A DNA stretch of 64,000 nt, from positions 5,684-69,683 of the forward strand of contig DAME01000028.1 of assembly GCA_002499545.1 (NCBI GenBank), written 5' to 3'. This DNA is from Euryarchaeota archaeon UBA88. GTDB lineage: Archaea > Thermoplasmatota > Poseidoniia > Poseidoniales > Poseidoniaceae. The notes below the pieces were generated by a model that worked only from the letters and a program-made list of their open reading frames with translations, did not search any database and was not told the DNA's origin. How positions within the stretch are numbered: position 1 is the stretch's first letter; each line of letters begins with the position of its first letter. The translations under genes and the position numbers were made by a program. Of the stretch, positions 9,213 through 18,300 are shown piece after piece.

Positions 9213-10136
9213 TCACTCATTTCGAGTGTCCGACTCTCGACGAGCAGCAGCTACCAAGAGAACGGTTCCAGTTGCAAGTAACGATGCAGCAGGAAGTGCT
9301 CGCTCCTCTTCCTCACTCTCGGCAGGGGTGTCTTCAACTACCGGCATGTTAACTTCATACACCAAGTGCACCGAGAGGTCGTTTCCATCGTATGCAGGTG
9401 GGAGTGTGATGGTTGAAGTTCCCGTGAGCGACTTGCCAAGTTCAACGATGCCTCGAACGACGTGAGGATAATCTCCCAAGCCGTTGGTACCTTCTTCAAA
9501 ATTCGCAGAATGTTCGACAACCCAGGCATTGACTGTCAACACACCTTCTCCAAACTGTGCAAGATCGATATCCAGCGCCCATGCAACGGTACCAGTGGTA
9601 TTGGATGTAGGGGTCCAAGAAAACACGGATGTCCCGTTACCGAGCTGAAGCGGTTCTTGAACCAAGTCAGTGAATTCTGCAGTTAGAGAATCGTAATCCG
9701 TGACGCTTCCATACTTGAATGTCGTACCGTTGATCGCACTTGCTGGAGGATACATGTTGTAGTTGTTATCTTCGTAAGTATACACGACACCATACCGGTC
9801 ATAGAATCGTTGATTCACCGCTTCAGAACCCAGAGGGTCACTCGGCTCATTGATTGCTCTATGGACGTGGTATTGCTGTATGCTGACGTTCTCACTCACT
9901 TCTTCAAAGGCATGCTCCACAGTTACGCAGTTGCCACACCACGTTGCCGTGAGGATTTCAACGATGCTGGGTAGATCGCTCAAGTTCTCAACTGAGGAGT
10001 CCGTCACATTGGCCTCAGACCACTGTCCACCAAACACGACTCCGCCTTCCAACGTAGTTGCTGGAAGAGCAACAGAGGTTACCGGGCAGAATGCAGTGAG
10101 TATCAAGAGTCCGACGAGGATGAATCCTTTGCGCAT
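9213..10136 (-). CDS. Secreted thioredoxin-fold protein with a C-terminal hydrophobic anchor
   Basis: The signal peptide is MRKGFILVGLLILTAFCPVTSVA. A thioredoxin-like redox motif ATWCGNCV is present. An acidic linker is followed by the C-terminal LPAASLLATGTVLLVAAARRE, which is a TM anchor or PGF-CTERM-like. Confidence 0.65.
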   Translation of the reverse strand: MRKGFILVGLLILTAFCPVTSVALPATTLEGGVVFGGQWSEANVTDSSVENLSDLPSIVEILTATWCGNCVTVEHAFEEVSENVSIQQYHVHRAINEPSDPLGSEAVNQRFYDRYGVVYTYEDNNYNMYPPASAINGTTFKYGSVTDYDSLTAEFTDLVQEPLQLGNGTSVFSWTPTSNTTGTVAWALDIDLAQFGEGVLTVNAWVVEHSANFEEGTNGLGDYPHVVRGIVELGKSLTGTSTITLPPAYDGNDLSVHLVYEVNMPVVEDTPAESEEEERALPAASLLATGTVLLVAAARRESDTRNE

Positions 10137-11308
10137 GATTGAACGAATCGGTACTTGCCTATCAAAGCATGCTGTTCGCGGGAATCGAGGATAACTTCCT
10201 TGTATGTTTGACTCGTATCAAAAGCTCCGTTGTCGTGAAACGTACCTTGGTGAACCTCTTTGACTAATGCGTAGTATCGAGAACGAACGCCGCTGCTCGT
10301 GATTCCAAACACTTCTGCAATGACATCAGCCGTACCGCTTTGTAATCCGTAGACATTCAAGGCAGCATACGTGACCACTGATACAACCATTCGAGCTTCG
10401 ATGTTGAGCGTGAGAGCGTCCTTCGACCCTTCATGCAGCAACAAAAGTCGTGCAGAGGTCTCGTAGAGCACATCTTCGTAATCCCGTTCACTCAAAACCT
10501 CGGCCAAAGCATCGAACAAATGGTTCATCCCTTGGTCAATTTCATCTTCTCGCTTGTCCTCGATGCTCTTGCGAACGGGCATTTTGGCCCAACCCATCGT
10601 GACGCGAGCCTTCCAGTGGTCGAGAATACGTTTTCGAGCGTTCAGGATTTGCCTGTTGGTGATACCAAATTGGGCCATCAAAGAGCGGCGGTCCATCTCA
10701 GGGAACATGCCGAGTTTTCCCGAGAGTTCAACGATGGCAACCGCAATAATCACGGCGTTTTCCTCTTCAGAACAGCCTTTGATCCCCTCGCCTTTGCGGC
10801 AGATGGAGTTCTTCGGCATACCAAGTCGTCGCTTCATCGACTTCGCTTGCTTCTGGCGTATCGCTTCTTGTTCAGAGTTCAATGGCCGGCACGACATCTC
10901 GGCCATGAATTCAAGCATGTGGGACATCTGTCGTCCAAACAGCGACTCGATGTTCCGCTTCACCCGCTTTGCGAAAGGATGTGGGTTTTCCGGCGTGCTG
11001 CGGTGAATCTTCTCAAACAGGCGGTACTTGCTACGTCGAGCTGCCGACACCCCGCGCCCACCGTACATCTTCGAACCTGCCGTTCCAATGTTGGCATTGA
11101 TGTCTTTGTCCATTCGCACAGGCTGATAGTGGGCGCTTTCACCGAACAGGATACTTCCATTGTCTGCAGCAAGTCCCAATTGCAGTTCAGTAACCAGCCC
11201 ACAATCGTCACACACACTTTCTCCCTTTTCAGCATCGTGCGTCATGTTCATTCCAGCGCAATCGTCGCACTTCAGCTCTTCTTCCTCTTTTTTTGTCTCG
11301 TTTACCAT
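10103..11308 (-). CDS. tfb: Transcription initiation factor TFB/TFIIB-family protein (divergent, long)
   Basis: The N-terminal zinc ribbon is CDDCAG...GESVCDDCGLV. Two cyclin-like repeats each end in an HTH-like segment (...MAQFGITNRQILNARKRI... and ...IAEVFGITSSGVRSRYYALVKEV). At 401 aa it is longer than the usual roughly 300-330 aa. Confidence 0.65.
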   Translation of the reverse strand: MVNETKKEEEELKCDDCAGMNMTHDAEKGESVCDDCGLVTELQLGLAADNGSILFGESAHYQPVRMDKDINANIGTAGSKMYGGRGVSAARRSKYRLFEKIHRSTPENPHPFAKRVKRNIESLFGRQMSHMLEFMAEMSCRPLNSEQEAIRQKQAKSMKRRLGMPKNSICRKGEGIKGCSEEENAVIIAVAIVELSGKLGMFPEMDRRSLMAQFGITNRQILNARKRILDHWKARVTMGWAKMPVRKSIEDKREDEIDQGMNHLFDALAEVLSERDYEDVLYETSARLLLLHEGSKDALTLNIEARMVVSVVTYAALNVYGLQSGTADVIAEVFGITSSGVRSRYYALVKEVHQGTFHDNGAFDTSQTYKEVILDSREQHALIGKYRFVQSCAKDSSSSDS

Positions 11309-11496
11309 GTTATCTTGTCTCCTTCATGTTTGTTTCCACTTATAGTGCCCTTCACTCCTTATGAACTATCGCTCGCTACTCGAACGGCTCGGCTTGTTCA
11401 GGGCACACACCTACAGTTATAGATAGCCGGCGAAGTATAAAAATCTTCCGAAGGACATCTTCGAAATCGGCAAACATGAACTTTTCATGTTACGAA

Positions 11497-11569
11497 ATGT
11501 TATTTTTCTCATTCATTCAAGAACGCGAAAGAACAGGTGATGTTATTTTTCCAAATAACCATTCATTTC
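11497..11569 (+). promoter_or_regulatory. Duplicated AT-rich promoter-like element upstream of the addB-like gene
   Basis: ATGTTATTTTTC occurs twice (11497-11508 and 11540-11551). Each copy is followed by ATTCATT(T)C (11511-11518 and 11561-11569). The TTATTTTT core of the proximal copy lies about 30 nt upstream of the GTG at 11577, the spacing expected for an archaeal TATA box on a near-leaderless mRNA. Confidence 0.3.
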
Positions 11570-11576
11570 CCCGAGA

Positions 11577-14500
11577 GTGTTCAAGAACAGTCGACCTTTT
11601 CATCGATGCGAGGCGACTGAGGTGACAGGAGAAAAATTGCCCCAGATATCGCTCGAAGCGGTTTCAGCAGGTGACGCCCTCCCATCTTGGTTGTTTGATG
11701 CACTCTGCGACGGCCGATGTTCGAACCACATGTTCCTGTATCCCAACGAGGCCAGTCGCAGTCAAATCCTGCACCGGCTTGCTGAGTTGAGCATCCCAGT
11801 TGACACGACCCATCACCTAACACTCCAGCGCCTCATTCCTCTGATGATTCTTGACCTTGGACTACCCCCTCTTCTCAACAACAGTGCTGGCGTGTTCCTC
11901 TCCATTCACACATACACAAAGGCCGCTGCAGAAGCGGGTGAACTACCTCTGATGTTCGCTCCACAGGCCCAACGGCAATGGATGCCATACCAAACCGAAC
12001 GAATTCTATCACTCCATAGAGCGCTGAGTGAATTGAACAACCCTTGGAGCTGGGATGATGACCCCGGGGCCAAAGAGTTCGATTCGATCTTGAGACACGT
12101 CAGTAGTCAGCTTGGAGGGACTCATCCACATCACGCTTTATGGCAGATACTTCGAGGCCTCGACAAGGCCATCGAGCCACCATTCACTCTCAACGATGTC
12201 GAAGGCATTTTTGTGATGGACTCAGCGCCGGATTACACTGAGGTTGAACGAAGCTTCTTGCAAAGCATATCCAAACATCGCCCGATTCATCAACTCTGTG
12301 TCTCGGGCTCATTTCGGCTTGGACACCACGGGTCATATCTTGTTGAGGGTGAATGGGAGTATGTATCCCAGGAATCCCTCCCACACTGGGTTCCAGAGCA
12401 CCATGTTCTCTCCCCTACTGACACTGCACATTGGCGCTCGGAGCGCTCGATTGCCCGAAATACATCCTATCATCGAATCATCGTCAACCGACGCGCTCAC
12501 AGCATTGATGCTGCGTTTGACTTGTTGCACCACTACCGCTCGACTTCAGACGGAACTGTGGCCATAATCGACGGCGCAGCCGACGCAAATCGAGATGCTT
12601 GGCATACCCGCCTTCAAGCCCTTGGTTACATCACGGGAGGAGAACAACGCTCGCTCGAAGAGATACCTGCTCTTTCTTCACTCGGGCACTTGATGCGTAT
12701 CGGAGACGGGCTTGAAGCATGGTCGCTGGATAAGATGAGATCATTGTACGAACATCAGAGTCTCCCATTGCCGAATGGAGGTGTCCCTGAACTCACACAC
12801 CCCAGTCGGCAAACATGGCACCCCCGGCCTCATGCAAAGGTTTTGGAAAACATTGCTCGTTCATTTCACGTGCGAGGTGGCCAGGGTGCTCTTCGTCGAT
12901 GGCTTGCGACCCTTCAGCAGGCGACCCCGCAGATGGGCGAAAATCGGGAACGTGCACTGCAAGAATTGGAGGAAACGCAGTGGTGGGTTCGATGCATTGC
13001 TGAACTGTGGCACCCCCTTTTGGATGAACCATCCCGAGCGCTTCTGAGCGAGTATTCAGCGGGCTGCTCAACTGGGGAGCAACTTCCTCTGCCCCGCCGA
13101 CCGGCGGATGGACTTGAATGGCTTGATTTTGTTTTATCGAATCTCAACTGGACTTTACTCTCCGGTAGGACTGCTGGTTTCGATCGTTCTGTTGCCGGGC
13201 TCCAACATCTTAGTGAGGCCCACGCATCAACAATAAAAACGCTCCAAAAGACCGGTCAATCTGTGCCTTTGGGTGGTCAAGAGTTCTTTTCGTACCTCGA
13301 CCACCTGCTCAAATTTACAAGCGTGCCGCGACCTCGTGCTACGGGAAAACAAATTCAAATTCTCACTCCTGAAGAAGCTCAAGGTATCGAGGCGGATGTG
13401 CTTTTACTCGTCGGATTGGATGTAGGCTCCTGGTCAATGAAAGCGGCAAAGGTTCCGTGGCTCGACGCTCCTGCCAAACTCCGATTAGGCATGCTTCATT
13501 CCGATCTCGCAATCCGCAGAGGAAGACACCACCTTCGCCACTTGTTGAACTGTGCTCAAACCGTTATCGTGTTCGATTCCAGTATGGAAGAGGGCGGTGG
13601 ACCCAGCGCTCCTCTCGCAGAATGGTTTTCAGAACTCCGTCAGACGGGGGAGATCGACCTTCTTCGACCTGAACCCGCCTTTGTCCCGGCATCTGCTCAT
13701 CAGTTAGGCCACATGAATCGGAGTTGGCATTGGACTGCTGACCATTTCGGTGGAGCGTGGCTCACTCCCCGTCCTTTCACCATGACAGTTCGCGATGGTG
13801 CTATTTTCGCCGAGCGTGCAGGTTCTCGTGGACGTGATGAACGTCAGCGGCTCGGACTCGCTCTCAAAGATGGAACTCACGTTTCGGGGCGCGTTCTTTC
13901 ACCAGCGGGCGTAGCAATGGCTCATGAAGTGCCCATACAAATCGACCGTATGCATCGCCAACCTTCGCACAAAGGGCTGCAAAAAAACGAGTATCTCCCT
14001 TGGGACTCACGCCATCACCTCCTCAGTGTTGACGGCCTTACCTTGCGCCCGAGTAAAAGCCAGGTTACTTTCGGCTCAAATCTCGCTCCCGTTTGGCCCC
14101 ATCTCGGCATGAAAGGTTCCAGAGGCACTGGTCCTGCAATCGATCCACGCCCCCTACCTGCTCACGACATGCAAAGTGAAATCCTCAATTCAGTGATGGG
14201 TTATTCAACTTCCATCGAGGTAGAAATATGGTCTCCTAGTCGTATACAATCGTGGCTGGATTGTCCTCGATTAGCGTGGATGAAGAACCATCTGAACATC
14301 CAAGCCAGAGAGGAGCAAACCGAGGACCTTGACCAGCGTACTCGAGGTACGATGTTGCACGATGCAGAAGCAGCGCTTCTCGAAGCACACGGAGTTCCTA
14401 CTGCCAGTGCACCGGTCATTTCTCCACATCCATTAGGTGAAGGGGTCCTCAAAACCATCGACCAATTGTGGGTCTCAATTCTTGATTTCTTAGAACGAGA

Positions 14501-15362
14501 TGTGCCTTGGCTCACCCGTAATGATGCCGTTGCAGTCCATCGTTGTCGAGAAATGTTAGGCGTTACCCCAGACGTTTGGCGAGGCCATCTTGAAGGTGAA
14601 ATTGAACTCGAGCGTGGAGGTCGTATCGGACGAATGCTTGAGGCTGATTTCGTCCTCTCAGGGGCGTCACCACTCGCTTGTGAATTCGGAATCGGGTTGG
14701 ATGGGAATCCTGCAATCGAACTTGACGCATGCAGTGATGAGGGCGAACCCACACCGTTCAAGATTCGTGGACGAATCGACCGCGTCGATCAGGTGCGCTT
14801 GCCTGTCCACCAACGTGAACGAGCCATTGCTGATGGATTGCTCACACCAAAACCCTCCTCGAATACGATGACGTTGTCGCTTGACAACCCGCCTGCTGCC
14901 GACCGTCTGGTCGTCATTCGCGACCTCAAAACCCTCAACGGACCCAAGCACGGGGATAGAGGAAACCGACATCGACGTGGCTTATTCGATGAAGTTCAGC
15001 TCGGATTGTATGCCCGCGCATGGGAATTGAACCATCCGGGCGATAGAGTGGTGGGAATAGGTGTAACTGAGATAGGCGAATCAACCGTTCACTACCTTGA
15101 ATTGGATGAATCAATCGTCCCGTATTTGGAAGGAGTGGACATCGGAGAGCGTACATTCCACACGCAACATCTGCATCGGTTCCCTCATTCAGAACCTTCT
15201 GAGCAGAACGGATTTCGAGCGTTCCTCGCAGAACGATTGCGAACTTCAAGCCGTGCGATTCAGACCGCTCGAAACGGTCACGTAAACGCTACACCTGGTC
15301 GACACTATTCCTTTGGCTCAATCCGTCACGTCTATCCAAACATGTTTGGGGGGAACATGTAA
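11577..15362 (+). CDS. addB: AddB-like subunit: inactivated SF1 helicase scaffold plus C-terminal RecB-family (PD-(D/E)XK) nuclease
   Basis: 1261 aa. I found no Walker A motif. The C-terminal nuclease motifs are ...WLDCPRLAW..., FKIRGRIDRVD, LVVIRDLKT and VQLGLYARAW. The stop overlaps the start of the next gene (TAATG). Confidence 0.7.
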   Translation: MFKNSRPFHRCEATEVTGEKLPQISLEAVSAGDALPSWLFDALCDGRCSNHMFLYPNEASRSQILHRLAELSIPVDTTHHLTLQRLIPLMILDLGLPPLLNNSAGVFLSIHTYTKAAAEAGELPLMFAPQAQRQWMPYQTERILSLHRALSELNNPWSWDDDPGAKEFDSILRHVSSQLGGTHPHHALWQILRGLDKAIEPPFTLNDVEGIFVMDSAPDYTEVERSFLQSISKHRPIHQLCVSGSFRLGHHGSYLVEGEWEYVSQESLPHWVPEHHVLSPTDTAHWRSERSIARNTSYHRIIVNRRAHSIDAAFDLLHHYRSTSDGTVAIIDGAADANRDAWHTRLQALGYITGGEQRSLEEIPALSSLGHLMRIGDGLEAWSLDKMRSLYEHQSLPLPNGGVPELTHPSRQTWHPRPHAKVLENIARSFHVRGGQGALRRWLATLQQATPQMGENRERALQELEETQWWVRCIAELWHPLLDEPSRALLSEYSAGCSTGEQLPLPRRPADGLEWLDFVLSNLNWTLLSGRTAGFDRSVAGLQHLSEAHASTIKTLQKTGQSVPLGGQEFFSYLDHLLKFTSVPRPRATGKQIQILTPEEAQGIEADVLLLVGLDVGSWSMKAAKVPWLDAPAKLRLGMLHSDLAIRRGRHHLRHLLNCAQTVIVFDSSMEEGGGPSAPLAEWFSELRQTGEIDLLRPEPAFVPASAHQLGHMNRSWHWTADHFGGAWLTPRPFTMTVRDGAIFAERAGSRGRDERQRLGLALKDGTHVSGRVLSPAGVAMAHEVPIQIDRMHRQPSHKGLQKNEYLPWDSRHHLLSVDGLTLRPSKSQVTFGSNLAPVWPHLGMKGSRGTGPAIDPRPLPAHDMQSEILNSVMGYSTSIEVEIWSPSRIQSWLDCPRLAWMKNHLNIQAREEQTEDLDQRTRGTMLHDAEAALLEAHGVPTASAPVISPHPLGEGVLKTIDQLWVSILDFLERDVPWLTRNDAVAVHRCREMLGVTPDVWRGHLEGEIELERGGRIGRMLEADFVLSGASPLACEFGIGLDGNPAIELDACSDEGEPTPFKIRGRIDRVDQVRLPVHQRERAIADGLLTPKPSSNTMTLSLDNPPAADRLVVIRDLKTLNGPKHGDRGNRHRRGLFDEVQLGLYARAWELNHPGDRVVGIGVTEIGESTVHYLELDESIVPYLEGVDIGERTFHTQHLHRFPHSEPSEQNGFRAFLAERLRTSSRAIQTARNGHVNATPGRHYSFGSIRHVYPNMFGGNM

Positions 15363-18300
15363 TGATTCGATTTAATCGAAGCCAGCGTCTTGGTTTGGAC
15401 CTCGACAAGCACATTGCATTGGATGCCGGTGCTGGAACTGGAAAAACGACAGTGATGGCAGAACGTTACGTCCAACATCTGCTTTCACACGAGCAAAGAG
15501 CGACCCATCTCCTTCCAACTGGGCCCCGAGAGCCTCTGACCGGGCACGGTTCACTCCGTTCACCTCCACGTCAACGTACAGAACAAAAGCAATGGAGGGG
15601 ATTACTTCCAAGCGAAGTCGTTGCTATTACGTTCACGAAAAAAGCCGCTGCAGAATTGAAAGCTCGTATTCGAATGCGGGTTGGACAAACCCGTGCTGGA
15701 CCCATTTTGAAAGGTGACAGCGATGGCATTTTTGACCCACGTGTGCGCAGTCATGCGGATGTCGAAATGCTGCTCTCATCGCTCGATGAAGCCCCAATTT
15801 CAACCATCGATGCATTCCTTTCACAACTCGTATCACCGCATTTAGATTTCGTCGCTGTCCATCCGAGTCGAGAGCAAATTTCCGAAGAGCGATCACCTCT
15901 TTTGACCCAAGAGGCGCTTCAATCCGCTTGGCGAATTCGTACAGTATCCGACGCACTCGAGGCGGGCGTGCGAGGGAACGTTGACGGCTTCATTTCTGCT
16001 CGAAATCGTTTGGCAGTTCTTCTCGGAGGCCAAGAAAGAGCCGCAGTTGTCCTCAGCGGTATGCTGGGCAAATCGCTGTTCGTGGAGGAAGCCCATCACG
16101 CCATGGTCGCTCGAGCACACTCAAATGGCGAGCAATGGTCAGGCCAGGGCCCAATGCCACACGAAGTCCTGCTGGACATGTTTTCTGAACCCGTTCAAGA
16201 TATTGCAGTAGAATACTGTCGCACTTTGCAGAACTTGTTGCTTCAATGGACCGATCATTTTCTCGCATATTCTGCAGATTATATCGTCCCATGCGAGTCT
16301 GAAATAGGAACTTCCATGACACGCTTCAATCATCTCACACATCTTGCGAGGCAACCGCTTCCCGAAGAACCCGCAGAATGCATTCAATGGGTCTGGCAAA
16401 TCGCTCTTGCATCCGCTTCGTGGAGTCAATTAAACAGCAACGACCGTCCAACATTTTTCACCAAGGGTGGACTTCCACAAGCGAATCATTGCAACGGCTG
16501 GCATCCTGGCTTGTACGGAAAGAGTCATGCGAAGACCTTATCCAAGGCAGTTCGAGATTCCCTCCATGCTCAAGCAGCTAACTTGGCAGAGAATCTTCGT
16601 AGTCACATGAATTCCCGTCAAGGGACGCTCATGCGAATGCTCGGTAAGAGTGCCTTCCTTCTCGCTCCAATTTCAAACTTGCCGCACATGCCCGAAGACT
16701 GCCCACTAAGATCTCAACCGGTTGGACTTGAATCCAGCGATATCGCACCTGACGGGCGTCTACGTATTTCCTGTGAATTGCAAACCAGAGTATTGAACGA
16801 TTTGCTGCTCGTTCATCGCGGCTGTCAGGACATTCTCGCCCTGATGAAGGCGCATGAGGGCGTTCATGACTATGATGATATTCAACGACTTGCTGCTGAT
16901 TTACTTCTAGCTCGATGCCCAGACATCGTACGCCACACCTACCCAATTGAAGTGGTACGCGTACTTGACGAACTCGGTAATGAACCGTGGCATGACCACC
17001 ATATTGCCCGTGCAATGAGGCTTGCTGGTGAAGACCATGCTTGCTATGAAGACCTTAATCGACGATTTGCAGTTCTTCAAACCATTCGACGGCAATACCG
17101 GGCGTTCATCATCGATGAATATCAAGACACGAACCCCGCTCACTTCCGCCTTCTAGCGCGACTCTGGGGACATCGTAAATTGGCACCGGACGACCCTGCT
17201 CGACCGCTTGGACCCTGGGACCCTACGGTGTGCATCGTAGGTGACATGAAGCAGAGTATCTACCGATTCCGACAAGCCGAAGTAACCGTGATGCGTCGAA
17301 CCGTTGCGGCCATCAAGTTGGCCAATGAAATCGAGTCGAACGAACAGCGCCTTTCTCACCTCCGACTGGACGACCATGGAAGAGATCCTCGCCCAGTCGG
17401 TGCTGGAGGTGAAATTGGTTCATTCATCGTTGGAACTGATGTCCACTCCTCGTCAATCCCTTCCCAACCTTGGGAGCACGTTGAATTGGTGTTTGAGGAT
17501 GACGAAGACGTTGTTCGTACAATTGACGATGAGCGAAAAAATCGCCGATCCCTTGGACACATTGACCTTACCTCGAATCATCGAACTCTTCCGAATTTGA
17601 TGGACGCCATGAACGGAATGTTCCAAGATGTGTTCGATCCACGACACTACCTTCTTCCGGGCGATTGGCATGCAGAACATCAGCGTTTACGGGCAGCCCG
17701 AACCTCAACAGAAGCAGGCGTATTAGAGTGGTTGCTCCCTCTGCAGATTGATGCAGAAACACCGAGTCTTGATTTGAATGAATATTTCGACACCTTTTCT
17801 GCCCCCGAGGCGTCGAAGACACACTTGGAAAACGAATTGATTGCTGCACGCCTTCAGGCTCTACTTTTCCAACAACCGACGCGCATGTGGAACGCATCAC
17901 AGCAGAACTTCACAGAGGTTCCAGCTCAGGAGAAACCGGTCCGAGCCGAAGACATTCTGATTCTTGTCCACTCTCGAAAACACATACCTGACTTGATTTC
18001 ACGCCTTCAATCGAGAGGTGTTCCTGTGATGGCTGATCGACAAGGCGCCCTGTTATCCCAGCCGGTTGTATCACCGCTTATTTCCTGCCTTGAATTGATT
18101 GCATACCCGCAGTCACGGCATGCGGCCCTCACCTTCGCCCGTTCCCCTATTCTCGGATTCAACGATGCACAATCTCACGCTTTAATGACTCAAGAGATGG
18201 ACGGGACATGGTGGCAAAAGATTCAGCACTGTGCACCGAACGATTCGATTCGTCGTCTCGCTGAACATCTCGAGTATCTCGTTCAATGCGGCGCAGTTCA

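Noticed and set aside
10433-11422. 329-aa ORF on the plus strand
   Set aside because: It lies entirely antisense to the TFB-family gene, whose zinc ribbon and cyclin repeats are recognisable. The translation is low-complexity with no motif, so it is a shadow ORF.
14201-14761. 186-aa minus-strand ORF inside the addB-like gene
   Set aside because: It is antisense to the region encoding the RecB-type nuclease motifs and has Ser/Arg-rich low complexity.
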